A DNA stretch of 26,081 nucleotides, from assembly GCA_003224995.1 (NCBI GenBank), contig QIAI01000073.1, positions 1,792 to 27,872 on the forward strand. The letters are read 5' to 3'. Every line of letters begins with the position of its first letter. The stretch's first letter is position 1. Source of the DNA: Acidobacteriota bacterium. Lineage in GTDB: Bacteria; Acidobacteriota; Terriglobia; Terriglobales; Acidobacteriaceae. The translations under genes were made by a program, and so were the position numbers. The notes below the pieces were generated by a model. It had not been told where the DNA came from, did no database searches, and saw only the letters and a list, made by a program, of their open reading frames with translations. Of the stretch, positions 1-9,249 are shown in pieces.

Positions 1-658
1 CCAGGGCGAAGCGCAGTCCGCCTTCGATGGCGCGAGCGACTAATGCTCCTGCGCAGAAGTCGGTGCTGATTCCCAAAGACTCCAGCTTGGAGCCGAGCGT
101 TGCTCCCGCGATGCCCCGGTACAGGCAGGTGACCATACCCGTCTTCTCCCTCCGCAGTGGCGCGATGACTCGCTGCAGAGAATCGGGTTCAATTCGAATG
201 TCGGTGTCGCTGACGACGAAATGATCGTAGCGGGCCGCGCGGGCCATGTGCGCGAGATTGCTGACTTTCGCATTCTCGCCCAGAACCTCGGGACTCACGA
301 GCAGATGAATCGAATGCCGGGGGAACTCTTCCCGGAGGCGCTCGACCGACGCAATGGCGGGATCATGCTTATCGTTGACTCCAAAAATGATTTCATACTG
401 CGGGTACTCTTGCAGGCAGTAACTGCGAAGGCTCTGATACATTTCAGGGTCTTCACCCTTCAACGGCTTCAATATGGAGACTGGCGGCAAGTCTTTCGAG
501 GTGCGCTCGCTTGATTCGGACTGGAGTGGAGCAACTCGAGTTCTCAGGTAAGAGCGCGCGCTCCATAAACAAGCCAGGTAAAAGGCAATTCCACCGATCG
601 CCCCTAGAGCAGCAACCAGGCCGACTACTTCGCGGAAAGGATGAAGGAAGGAATTCAC
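1..658 (-). CDS. hpnI: Hopanoid-associated GT2 glycosyltransferase (HpnI / ceramide glucosyltransferase-like), 5' part, runs off the window
   Basis: Not in the ORF track (no stop in window). Manual translation from GTG at 658: MNSFLHPFREVVGLVAALGAIGGIAFYLACLWSAR...LPPVSILKPLKGEDPEMYQSLRSYCLQEYPQYEIIFGV...NAKVSNL...FVVSDTDIRIEPDSL...GMVTCLYRG; N-terminal TM helix, PVSILKPLKG, KVSNL and DxD-type motifs of this family. Confidence 0.8.
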   Translation of the reverse strand, partial: MNSFLHPFREVVGLVAALGAIGGIAFYLACLWSARSYLRTRVAPLQSESSERTSKDLPPVSILKPLKGEDPEMYQSLRSYCLQEYPQYEIIFGVNDKHDPAIASVERLREEFPRHSIHLLVSPEVLGENAKVSNLAHMARAARYDHFVVSDTDIRIEPDSLQRVIAPLRREKTGMVTCLYRGIAGATLGSKLESLGISTDFCAGALVARAIEGGLRFAL

Positions 659-670
659 AGCGTAAGGAGA

Positions 671-676
671 ATACTA
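671..676 (-). promoter_or_regulatory. Putative sigma70 -10 box (TAGTAT) for hpnI
   Basis: TAGTAT on the minus strand 12 nt before the GTG at 658; no SD in between. Confidence 0.4.
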
Positions 677-710
677 GGGTGCGGGCTCGGGGCGAGGAAC
701 AACCATCGCA

Positions 711-716
711 TATAAT
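711..716 (+). promoter_or_regulatory. Putative sigma70 -10 box (TATAAT) for rnpB
   Basis: Perfect TATAAT 10 nt upstream of the rnpB P1 stem. Confidence 0.6.
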
Positions 717-726
717 AGAAGAGGTT

Positions 727-1113
727 GGCAGCCGGACCGGACGGTCGCTCTCCGCAAGGAGGGAGGAAAGTCCGAACTCCGCAGGGCAGTGTGCCGGATA
801 ACGTCCGGGAAGCCGGGTTCAAGCCCGGTTGACGGAAAGTGCCACAGAAAACATACCGCCTCGCTTATGGCGAGGTAAGGGTGAAAAGGTGCGGTAAGAG
901 CGCACCGCCGCGGCAGTAATGTCGCGGGCAGGGCAAACCCCACACGGAGCAAGACCAAATAGGGAGGGAATTTCAGCTTCGGCTGGAACACGTGCCGGCC
1001 CGGTGCGTCCCAACCTCCGGGTAGGTCGCTAGAGCCATGCAGTAATGCGTGGCCCAGAGGAATGACCGTCCCGCCGCAAGGCGGACAAAATTCGGCTTAC
1101 AGGTCCGGCTGCC
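727..1113 (+). ncRNA. rnpB: RNase P RNA (bacterial type A)
   Basis: GAGGAAAGTCCGAACTC, GGAAAGTGCCACAGAAA, AAACCCC...GGAGCAAGACCAAATAGG and ACAAAATTCGGCTTACAG hallmarks; 12-bp terminal helix GGCAGCCGGACC (727-738) / GGTCCGGCTGCC (1102-1113). Confidence 0.97.
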
Positions 1114-1519
1114 ACACGAGTCAATAATCAGTTCTGCGCGCGGTACTGTCGCCCCCTGGTTGAATGTTGGCCACGACCGTGATGTGAATCCGTCTCACGT
1201 GTGAGCTGACGTTCTTCTTCTTCCTTATCCCGTCATGCAATGTGCGCCAAGCACAACGAGACGGGACCAGCCGAAATGTGTACTGAAGGACAGAATCTCT
1301 GTTTTTGAAACCTGCTGGAAATAGTCTCTATACGTGGTTTACCTGATTGATCCAGCTTAGAATTGGGTATTGCCTACAGGTGAGGGATGCGGGTATCTGC
1401 GAGACGTTACCGGTAGGCTTCTTCCCGTTGCGCCTTTCACATCCGTCGACCTTAGTCACACTGAATCAATCGCTTGAGATTCCAGTCAGGCGTATCGTTT
1501 CCGAATAAATCAAGTCAGT

Positions 1520-1546
1520 CCGCCGCGGCTGCGGCGGTTTCCCTTT
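1520..1546 (+). terminator. Terminator-like hairpin in the unexplained spacer
   Basis: CCGCCGC-ggct-GCGGCGG (7-bp GC stem) followed by TTTCCCTTTC. Confidence 0.45.
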
Positions 1547-1781
1547 CACCTCCTAACCAAAAACAGTAGCGAGCAGATTCACACGCGTAATACGGGCACT
1601 GGAAGATCTATGCTGCTCGACATCCATCAATTGCAATTCGTGAAAATCGCTGAGTGATCCGGTTCGCTTTCATCCAGCGCGAACGAGACGCACGGTTACA
1701 AAGGCCCACTCAGTTCGGTTTTCGCGAGTACAAGAAACCGATGGCTATGAAATGCGTCGGCGAAGAAAGAAGGAGACAATT

Positions 1782-2585
1782 ATGAAAATCGTGGTGATCG
1801 GCGGCACAGGCCTCATTGGATCAAAGCTTGTCAACAAGCTTCGCGAGCAGGGGCATGAAGCAGTAGCGGCAGCACCCAACACAGGAGTCAACACTCTCAC
1901 GGGCGAAGGACTGACCGAAGTGCTGAAGGGCGCCTCGGTAGTCGTTGACGTATCAAACTCTCCCTCCTGGGAGGATGCAGCAGTGCTGAAGTTCTTCGAA
2001 ACGTCAACTCGCAACCTCCTCACCTATGAAGCGGCCGCAGGGGTGCGACATCACGTTGCGTTATCGGTGGTGGGAACCGACCGGCTGTCTGAAAGCGGTT
2101 ACTTCCGGGCCAAGATTGCTCAGGAAAAATTGATCAAAGAATCTTCAATCCCTTACTCCATCGTGCACGCGACGCAGTTCTTCGAATTCCTCAAGGGCCT
2201 CGCCGACATTTCCATCGTCGGCGGCAAGGTGCATTTGCCAGATGTGCTTTTCCAGCCAATGGCCGCCGACGATGTCGCGAGTGGTGTGGGCAGGGTTGCA
2301 GTAGGTCAGCCGGTAAACGGCATCGTCGAAATTGGAGGCCCGGAACAGTTTCGCGTGGATGAACTAGTCCGGCGGCGGTTGGCCTCGCTCAAAGATCCCC
2401 GCGAAGTCATCGCTGACCCAAATGCGCTTTACTCTGGGGCGAGACTCGGCGAGAAAACGCTAGTCCCTGGCGATAACGCAAGACTCGGCGAGACCCGTGT
2501 CGAAACCTGGCTGACTCAGGCCGCAGCACAAATTCCGAGTGCGCATGCTCAAGCTAAAGGCGCAGCGGTGAAAAAAGCTAGCTGA
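1782..2585 (+). CDS. NmrA-like / atypical SDR NAD(P)H-binding oxidoreductase
   Basis: MKIVVIGGTGLIGS Rossmann motif, YFRAK (YxxxK-like), ATQFFEF; SD AGGAG at 1771-1775 supports ATG 1782 rather than 1752. Confidence 0.9.
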   Translation: MKIVVIGGTGLIGSKLVNKLREQGHEAVAAAPNTGVNTLTGEGLTEVLKGASVVVDVSNSPSWEDAAVLKFFETSTRNLLTYEAAAGVRHHVALSVVGTDRLSESGYFRAKIAQEKLIKESSIPYSIVHATQFFEFLKGLADISIVGGKVHLPDVLFQPMAADDVASGVGRVAVGQPVNGIVEIGGPEQFRVDELVRRRLASLKDPREVIADPNALYSGARLGEKTLVPGDNARLGETRVETWLTQAAAQIPSAHAQAKGAAVKKAS

Positions 2586-2649
2586 TATCAGCACGGCGGA
2601 CGCACGAGGGCGCACTGAAATTTCCGTCGGTCAAGCGAAAGGTCAATTT

Positions 2650-3037
2650 ATGACGTTCACAAAACTAATATTGGCGCTGGCATGTCTCATGTCCGGTGCG
2701 CTGGCAGCCCAGCAGGCCAAGGTAACGGAGCTCCTGTCGAAAGATTTGACCAATCTTCCTGGCAAAGAAGGTCTGATGGTCACCGTGGAGTATCCGCCGG
2801 GCAGTTCGGACCCGATCCATCGCCACAATGCGCATGGGTTTATTTACGTGCTGGAAGGCTCGATCGTGATGCAGGTGAGAGGCGGGAAAGAAGACTTTGA
2901 CACCTGGTCAGACCTTCTATGAAGGCCCGGAGGATATTCACGTGGTTGGGCGGAACGCAAGCAAAACCAAACCGGCGAAATTCGTCGTGTTCTTCGTGAA
3001 GGACAAAGGCGCTCCGGTGCTAGTGCCCGCCAACTAA
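2650..3037 (+). pseudogene. Exported cupin-domain protein, frameshifted near 2893
   Basis: Signal peptide and PIHRHNAHGFIYVLEG cupin motif in frame 1; after GGC GGG AAA GAA G the cupin continues in the +1 frame from 2894 (TLTPGQTFYEGPEDIHVVGRNASKTKPAKFVVFFVKDKGAPVLVPAN, TAA 3035-3037). Confidence 0.85.
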
Positions 3038-3091
3038 AACCAGAAACCGCGAGTAGTTCTGCTCGCCCAAACTTATAAGGAGAAAATTCAT

Positions 3092-3937
3092 ATGAGCACG
3101 ATCACGGTAAAAGACGGCACGACAATCTACTACAAAGACTGGGGCAAAGGCCCGGTGGTCACGTTTTCGCACGGATGGCCGCTGAATTCCGACGCATGGG
3201 ACGGACAAATGCTTTTCCTCGCACAGAATGGTTTTCGCGTGATTGCGCACGACCGGCGTGGCCACGGCCGGTCCAGCCAAGCATCGTCCGGGAACGACAT
3301 GAATGGGTACGCCGACGATCTGGCTGCTGTGATTGAGGCGCTGGATCTCAAGGATGCGACTCTGGTGGGACACTCCACGGGTGGAGGCGAAGTTGCGCGC
3401 TACATCGGACGTCACGGCACGAAGCGAGTTGCCGCGGCCATCCTGATCGCCGCTGTGCCGCCGATCCTGGTTAAGTCCGCATCCAACCCGGAGGGGCTCC
3501 CGATCGAGGTGTTTGACGGATTGCGAAGCGGTCTTGCCAAAGATCGCTCACAGTTCTACAAAGACTTTGCCGTAATGTTCTACGGCGCCAACCGGGCAGG
3601 TGCGAAGGTCTCGCAGGGAATGCTGGACCAGTTCTGGCTATGGAGCATGCAGGCCGGCCTCAAGAACTCCTACGACAGCATCAAGGCATTTTCCGAGACT
3701 GACTTCACCGAGGACCTCAAGAAATTCGATGTGCCAACACTGGTCATGCATGGTGAGGACGACCAGGTCGTGCCGATCAAGGATTCAGCGAAGAAATCGG
3801 CCAGGCTGATCAAGGGGGCGCAGGAAATTTACTATCCGGGCAGGCCGCACGGCCTCACCGCCACACACCAAGACGAGGTCAATACCGACCTGCTGAAATT
3901 TCTGAGGTCGGTCCAACAAGCTCGCAAGGCAGCCTGA
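3092..3937 (+). CDS. cpo: Non-heme chloroperoxidase / arylesterase-type alpha/beta hydrolase
   Basis: [29 protein letters not shown] nucleophile elbow, [12 protein letters not shown] catalytic His; SD AAGGAG upstream. Confidence 0.9.
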   Translation: MSTITVKDGTTIYYKDWGKGPVVTFSHGWPLNSDAWDGQMLFLAQNGFRVIAHDRRGHGRSSQASSGNDMNGYADDLAAVIEALDLKDATLVGHSTGGGEVARYIGRHGTKRVAAAILIAAVPPILVKSASNPEGLPIEVFDGLRSGLAKDRSQFYKDFAVMFYGANRAGAKVSQGMLDQFWLWSMQAGLKNSYDSIKAFSETDFTEDLKKFDVPTLVMHGEDDQVVPIKDSAKKSARLIKGAQEIYYPGRPHGLTATHQDEVNTDLLKFLRSVQQARKAA

Positions 3938-3950
3938 ATCTTTGCGTCGC

Positions 3951-3978
3951 GGCAGATCGCATACCATCGCGGTCTGCC
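3951..3978. terminator. Hairpin between convergent cpo and RDD genes
   Basis: GGCAGATCGC-ataccatc-GCGGTCTGCC (10-bp stem with one G-U); no clear U-tract on either side. Confidence 0.35.
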
Positions 3979-4023
3979 CGGCGTAAGGTCCCGATAAGAG
4001 TTGCGGGAGCCAGATGGAAAGCT

Positions 4024-4779
4024 TTAACTGAACCGGCCGCTGTCCCGCACCTGGCGGGCCACCGATTCGAGAAAGTCGTCAATCGTCTCTCCGGGCTGAC
4101 GCTGCAAACCCGTCTTGGCCTTAATCCTCTCGGCAATCTGATTCGAGGCGGAGAAACGCACTACCGGATCGAGATCCCAGCGGCGGTGAAGATAAGTCTC
4201 GATCAGGACTAACTCTTCGGCGGAAACACGGGCCATCTGAGGGCTCGCGGAGGCTGTGGATTCAGTGGCGTTCCAGGCGGGCCTGACTTCGTCGGTAAGT
4301 TTCTCGTGTACCACGACAGTTCCCGCCACAAAGTCGCCGAGGCGGCGATTTTGCTTGTTCAGCATCATGCACGCCAGCCCCACACCGTAGATTCCTGGAA
4401 GGCCGTCAACCGCCCGTAGCAGGTTTCGTCCAATGGCTTCGAAGGCATCAATGGGGCGGCCCGTTTCCTTGATGACGCGAATCCCGGCATATCGCTTACC
4501 AGGCGTTTGCCCCTTCCAGATGATTTCGAAAAAAGCGAAGTATCCCCAATACACACAAAAGAGAAGGAGGACTGCGATGGCAGGACCCCACGACCAGGAA
4601 CGGAGGCTGAACAGCCCGCTGGCGAATGGAAGCGCGAAAACGAATACGAAAGCCCCTACTGTGTACAGGATACTTTGCAGTAAAGTATCGATACCGAGAG
4701 CGAGGAACCGGCTTCCGATTCCGGCCAACGGAAGTTCGAGGGCTATTTGCTCAGGAGTATCAATTTTTAACTCGTCCAT
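4024..4779 (-). CDS. RDD family membrane protein
   Basis: From ATG 4779: MDELKIDTPEQIALELPLAGIGSRFLALGIDT...YFAFFEIIWKGQTPGK...IRVI...RNLLRAVD...RRLGDFVAGTVVV. The upstream extension to 5016 overlaps the SpoIIM gene and is not protein-like. Confidence 0.9.
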   Translation of the reverse strand: MDELKIDTPEQIALELPLAGIGSRFLALGIDTLLQSILYTVGAFVFVFALPFASGLFSLRSWSWGPAIAVLLLFCVYWGYFAFFEIIWKGQTPGKRYAGIRVIKETGRPIDAFEAIGRNLLRAVDGLPGIYGVGLACMMLNKQNRRLGDFVAGTVVVHEKLTDEVRPAWNATESTASASPQMARVSAEELVLIETYLHRRWDLDPVVRFSASNQIAERIKAKTGLQRQPGETIDDFLESVARQVRDSGRFS

Positions 4780-4791
4780 CGAGTCACACCT

Positions 4792-5745
4792 ATGATCACA
4801 ACACGCTGGCTGCAGAAACGGAAGCCTCACTGGAGCAAACTGGAGGAGCTTCTGAATCTGACAAACCGCCAGGGTCTGAAAGCACTCTCGCGGTACGATC
4901 TGCAGGAATTGAGTCTGCTTTACCGTCAGACGGCAGCCGATTTGGCTGCGATCCGCGAGGATCCTGGCTCCGTACATTTCTCGCGCTATCTGAACCAGCT
5001 CCTGGCTCGGGCTCACAATACCATCTATTCGGGACAGCGGGCGAGCCCGCGTGGGTTACTATCGTTTTTCTGGGTAGATTACCCGCAGATCTTCCGCCGG
5101 AACCTGAGCCCCTGTGGCCTGGCGACGGCCATTTTTGTGCTCGGCGTTTTCGTGGGAGCGGCCTTGACTTACCAGGATCCGGATTTCAAGGTGAAGTTTT
5201 TGGGGCCGCAGATGGTCGAGACGATCGATCATCATAAAATGTGGACGCACTCCATCGTTGCCATTAAGCCGCTGGCCTCCAGTTCGATCATGACGAACAA
5301 CATCGGGGTGGGGTTCACCACCTTTGCTTTCGGTATCACCGGAGGAATTGGCACGGTCTACATGATGCTCTTCAACGGATTATTGATGGGCGTCATAGGA
5401 ATGGCGTGCCGGATTGCGGGGATGAGCCAGGATTTGTGGAGTTTCGTGGCGCCACATGGGGTGCTCGAGCTACCTGCCATTTTCATCGCGGGCGGTGCCG
5501 GATTCCGCGTCGCCCAAGGTTTGCTGTTTCCGGGAGTACTGCCCCGACGTGAATCGCTGGCAAAGGCTGGAGCGGAGGCGGTTCGCTTGCTGCTCGGGAC
5601 TGTTCCCATACTGATCGTGGCAGGGATCGTCGAAGCCTTTGTATCGCCTACCAGTCTGGCCGTCTCATTGAAGTTTTCGATGGCGGCGGCTTTGTTCACG
5701 CTCTTGTTGTTCTATCTGTTCCGTCCAGTCCAAGCGAATGTATAA
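4792..5745 (+). CDS. Stage II sporulation protein M (DUF95) family membrane protein
   Basis: W..LE.LL N-terminus, LYRQTAADLA, YLNQLLARAHNTIY, IMTNNIGV, FVAPHGVLELPAIFIAGGAG, AGIVEAFVSP; multiple TM segments. Confidence 0.9.
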   Translation: MITTRWLQKRKPHWSKLEELLNLTNRQGLKALSRYDLQELSLLYRQTAADLAAIREDPGSVHFSRYLNQLLARAHNTIYSGQRASPRGLLSFFWVDYPQIFRRNLSPCGLATAIFVLGVFVGAALTYQDPDFKVKFLGPQMVETIDHHKMWTHSIVAIKPLASSSIMTNNIGVGFTTFAFGITGGIGTVYMMLFNGLLMGVIGMACRIAGMSQDLWSFVAPHGVLELPAIFIAGGAGFRVAQGLLFPGVLPRRESLAKAGAEAVRLLLGTVPILIVAGIVEAFVSPTSLAVSLKFSMAAALFTLLLFYLFRPVQANV

Positions 5746-5747
5746 GT

Positions 5748-7127
5748 CTACAGGCGGTTGCGCGCTTTCACTTCAAGATAAGAGTTCACCAGCACAGAAG
5801 CCAGCGAAGCGGAACTCACTTCCAGGGCCAAAGCTCCTCGCTCCCGTAAGCGCGCAAGTAATAACTCACGGCGATGAATCATCTCCTGGGCGGCCGCAAT
5901 CTTGAACATCTGTTCCTCGTTCTCCGGTTGCCGCGAAGCCAGGTCGTCCAAGTCGGGCTGTCCGATGACGACGAACAAGACGAGGTGCCGCGGCATCATT
6001 TGCGATGCAGCTTCTATGACTTCAGGCGTCATGGCAGTCTCCGCTAAATCGGTCAGCCATACCACCAGGCTGCGACGTTTTTGATCCGTAAGGAGAAGTC
6101 CGGCAGTGCGCAAGTGGTCTGCTTCCGAGGCCTCTTCATGGATGGTCGACAACTGTTCGATCATTTGCCTGAGGTGCGTGCTGCCTCGTGCAGCCGGAAG
6201 GCGCTGCTGTAATTTTCTGCCGTAAGCCAGAAGTCCCACGCGGTCGCCAGAGTACAGGGCAACCTGCGCCAGGCTGAGTGCGGCATTCACGGCATAGTCA
6301 AGCTTGGTGAGGTCGCGAATGCGGGCACGCATCAGACGACCGGAGTCGATCACAATCCAGACGGTCTGGCTGCGTTCGACCTGGTAGATGCGGGTAACGA
6401 GTTTGCCGCGACGTGCCGCGGCCGTCCAGCAAATGTCGCGATATTCGTCCCCTTCGCGATATTCGCGGAGACTTTCGAACTCCCGGCCAATCCCGCGCAT
6501 GCGGGAATGGCGTTTTTCCATTTCGATCTGGCGGCTGCGTACCAGGAACGAAGATTGCTTTTTGGCTTCGTCCAGATTGGGATAAATCTGGACGCGCTGT
6601 TCCATGGACGCGCGAGCCCACCGCTCCGCGATCCGGAACGTGCCCTGATAGCGGAGGTAGATATCTGCCAGGGTTACCGCTCCCCGCTGCGTGGGCTGAA
6701 TCGTGTATTTTCGCGAAGCTTCGCCGTGGCCGGGGACGCTGATTTCGAGTTCGGGAGGTTCGGAACGCAGTTGTGCCGGGACGGAATCGAGAGCGAGAAC
6801 GTGCACGGTCGAAGCCGACTGGTTAACCAGAGTTAGTTCTACTTCCGAGGAAACCGACAGGGCCGGTGGGCTGTGCCAAATGCGTTGCACTTTAAGCTGT
6901 CTCGGCTTTGGCAACGTGAGGAGATCCACGGCCCACGCCAACAATGCCCCAAGATCCCAAGCCAGCATGGCGTAGACCCAGCGCAGTTCGAAAAAAGCCA
7001 GAGTAAGCCAAAGCAGACCAAGCAACAGAAGCAGAAAAAAGCGCGGGCCAAACGCAAAGCTGAAACGAGTATGGGACCGAGCCACGGCGGACTGGGTCGC
7101 CGGCACCAGGCCTTGCTGGCCACTCAC
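5748..7127 (-). CDS. DUF58 domain (VWA-like) protein, MoxR partner
   Basis: N-terminal TM pair, QIYPNL, GREFESLREYREGDEYRDICWTAAARRGKLVTRIYQVERSQ, VIDSGRLM; GTG start overlaps the MoxR TGA (GTGA). Confidence 0.9.
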   Translation of the reverse strand: MSGQQGLVPATQSAVARSHTRFSFAFGPRFFLLLLLGLLWLTLAFFELRWVYAMLAWDLGALLAWAVDLLTLPKPRQLKVQRIWHSPPALSVSSEVELTLVNQSASTVHVLALDSVPAQLRSEPPELEISVPGHGEASRKYTIQPTQRGAVTLADIYLRYQGTFRIAERWARASMEQRVQIYPNLDEAKKQSSFLVRSRQIEMEKRHSRMRGIGREFESLREYREGDEYRDICWTAAARRGKLVTRIYQVERSQTVWIVIDSGRLMRARIRDLTKLDYAVNAALSLAQVALYSGDRVGLLAYGRKLQQRLPAARGSTHLRQMIEQLSTIHEEASEADHLRTAGLLLTDQKRRSLVVWLTDLAETAMTPEVIEAASQMMPRHLVLFVVIGQPDLDDLASRQPENEEQMFKIAAAQEMIHRRELLLARLRERGALALEVSSASLASVLVNSYLEVKARNRL

Positions 7128-8071
7128 TTGGGCACCTCGACGGCGCGAATCACGTCCTGCAAAATCTGGTCAGGAGTGATTCCTTCGAGATCGGCCTCGG
7201 GGCGGAGCATGATGCGATGGCGGAAGGTCGGCGGCACGGAGGTCTTCACGTCATCCGGGATCAGGTAGTCTCGTCCCTCGATGGCGGCGACTGCCTTCGA
7301 GACCGCCATCAAGCTCACCGCGGCGCGCGGACTGGCGCCCAGCGAAAGGGACGGCCAATCCCTTGTCCGGCGAGCGATTTGGACAATGTATTGAAACAAA
7401 GATTCCTGAACGCTGATGGCGCGTATCTCACGCTGCGCTTGCGCCAGGAGTTCGGGGTCGACTGCCTGCAAGCCCAGGGCATCCAGATTGCCGGCGTCAA
7501 AGCCATTCTGCACATTGGTGAGTAAGCGAATTTCGTCTGCGGCTTCGGGATATGGAACGCTGATTTTCAGCAGGAACCGGTCGAGTTGAGCTTCCGGCAA
7601 GGGGTAGGTGCCCTCGAATTCCACCGGGTTCTGCGTGGCAAAGACAGTGAAAAATGAAGAAAGCTCGTAGCGGGTGCCGTCGATTGTAACCTGATGCTCT
7701 TCCATGCACTCGAGCAAAGCGGCCTGGGTGCGGGGAGGCATGCGGTTGACCTCGTCGACGAGAAACAAGTCGGTGAAAACCGGGCCCTGATGCAACTGGA
7801 AGGCGCTGGTGGCCATATTCAGGACGTTCGTACCGACGATATCGGCGGGCATCAGGTCGGATGTGCATTGCACCCGCCGGAACTGCAGGCGCACGAGCCG
7901 GGACAGAGTCTTGACCACGAGAGTCTTGGCAATTCCAGGAACTCCTTCGAGCAGCACATGTCCCTGGCAGAGGAGAGCGATCAGGCATTGAGTTTTCAAC
8001 TCTTCCTGGCCGACTACCACGCGAGCCATTTCGTCGCGGATGTGCTGCACCAGTTTTGGAACCGCTTCCAT
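7124..8071 (-). CDS. moxR: MoxR-family AAA+ ATPase
   Basis: HVLLEGVPGIAKT Walker A, DLMPADIVG, LVDEVNR Walker B, TQAALLECMEEHQVTIDG, ATQNPVEFEGTYPLPEAQLDRF, GASPRA. Confidence 0.95.
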   Translation of the reverse strand: MEAVPKLVQHIRDEMARVVVGQEELKTQCLIALLCQGHVLLEGVPGIAKTLVVKTLSRLVRLQFRRVQCTSDLMPADIVGTNVLNMATSAFQLHQGPVFTDLFLVDEVNRMPPRTQAALLECMEEHQVTIDGTRYELSSFFTVFATQNPVEFEGTYPLPEAQLDRFLLKISVPYPEAADEIRLLTNVQNGFDAGNLDALGLQAVDPELLAQAQREIRAISVQESLFQYIVQIARRTRDWPSLSLGASPRAAVSLMAVSKAVAAIEGRDYLIPDDVKTSVPPTFRHRIMLRPEADLEGITPDQILQDVIRAVEVPK

Positions 8072-9249
8072 CAGTCTTTCTCCTTGGAGTTGGTAAGCCG
8101 CGGAAACAATTTGAGCCGGGCTGCAAAATCGTGCAGTGCCCGAATCAGCGACAAGGCTTGCGCCGGTTTGAGATCGGTATGGTACCGCGCGGACTCACAT
8201 TCGCGCAGAGTCGCGGAGAAGCGCTCGTCCTTGAGAAGCGAACGCTGTCCCACGGCACGTTGCAAGTCATCGGCGGATGCGTTGCCGGCCATGCCCAGGC
8301 GCCGTGTCAGCCAGTAGCGAAAACGCTGGTATGCGATATCGACGGCGACCGATCCTGCCCCGGCGCGCTGGTAGAGTCCTCCGAGAGTCTGAACAAATTC
8401 GAGCGGGGAACGGCGCACATCGTGGATCGGCTGAAGAACAGGGCCGCTCCGTCGCGAGAAAGTGAGCAGTATAGCGGTAGCCAACAGAGTGCATTGCAGC
8501 ACCAGCCAGAGCAGAGGCGAGCGCACAAGCGATGCTCCCAATGTTTCCCGATATCCGTGGATGTATTCGTCCCACAGGACCTCGCGCCGGCTGTCGCCAA
8601 TGGAAGCAAGCAGGAACTCGAGGTTTCCCGGTTCGCGCAATCCTGCGTTCGTCAGAGGCGTGGCCGAAGCCCACCACATGACTTCACCCTTACCGAAAGC
8701 GTATTTCACCACCCGGACGTTGTCCTCATCTCCATACAACGGGGTTGCGCTATCGTCGCTCTGCCACCGAGCCTGGGGCGCTAATGTGATCTCCGGAGCC
8801 TGGCGCGTGATTGCGGAGGGGGAAAGAGGCCGCTCTTTCTTCCAAAGCATACCCTCGACGAAGTCGGGTAGGGAGGAGCCCGTGGGAAGAAAGGCGGTTG
8901 CGAACATTCCAGTTGCGATGACGTGCCCGCCGCCGGAAATAAATTTCTCCACTTGCTTCTTGTCTTGCCGGGTTGGAGCTTCTTCCGGGTCGGCCAGCAC
9001 CAGGGTCTTGCCGGCGGGATCGGGCAACTCGGCCAATGGTCTTTGCCAGCGACTCACCGGATTGCCGGACTCTTGCAGGAGCAGATAAGCAGCTTTCGCA
9101 CCCTCCGAGCCAGCCGAGTAGGTTGTCGGGACTTCAGCTTTCGAACCCGCTTTGCTCGCGAACAAGATCCCGCCGACGACCATAGCGCCAAAGATCACCG
9201 CCACGCCAATGAACAGCTTGCGGTCGGCGGCGCTCAGCCTCAGCGGCAT
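8071..9249 (-). CDS. DUF4350-like membrane-anchored extracytoplasmic protein
   Basis: Start ATG 9249 (MPLRLSAADRKLF) with GGAGAAG upstream; TM, PTTYSAGSEGAKAAYLLL, LTNAGL...GNLEF, LWDEYIHG, second TM, RRSGP, EFVQTLGGLYQRA; stop TGA coupled to the MoxR ATG (TGATG). Confidence 0.8.
   Translation of the reverse strand: MPLRLSAADRKLFIGVAVIFGAMVVGGILFASKAGSKAEVPTTYSAGSEGAKAAYLLLQESGNPVSRWQRPLAELPDPAGKTLVLADPEEAPTRQDKKQVEKFISGGGHVIATGMFATAFLPTGSSLPDFVEGMLWKKERPLSPSAITRQAPEITLAPQARWQSDDSATPLYGDEDNVRVVKYAFGKGEVMWWASATPLTNAGLREPGNLEFLLASIGDSRREVLWDEYIHGYRETLGASLVRSPLLWLVLQCTLLATAILLTFSRRSGPVLQPIHDVRRSPLEFVQTLGGLYQRAGAGSVAVDIAYQRFRYWLTRRLGMAGNASADDLQRAVGQRSLLKDERFSATLRECESARYHTDLKPAQALSLIRALHDFAARLKLFPRLTNSKEKD

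Noticed and set aside
27-801. Plus-strand ORFs 27-224, 221-514 and 511-801
   Set aside because: Antisense to the clearly recognisable HpnI-like gene or overlapping rnpB.
1690-1735. ECF41-type promoter (TGTCACA-N16-CGTC) upstream of the SDR gene
   Set aside because: Only GTTACA matches and no CGTC at the proper spacing.
2881-2896. Programmed ribosomal frameshift in the cupin gene
   Set aside because: The required shift is +1/-2 and the GGGAAAG run is not in the X_XXY_YYZ phase.
1114-4023. Mobile island integrated at the rnpB 3' end
   Set aside because: No integrase, transposase or duplicated attachment site found.
4780-5016. N-terminal extension of the RDD ORF to 5016
   Set aside because: Overlaps the SpoIIM gene head-on; RDD-like sequence starts at MDELKIDTPE (4779).
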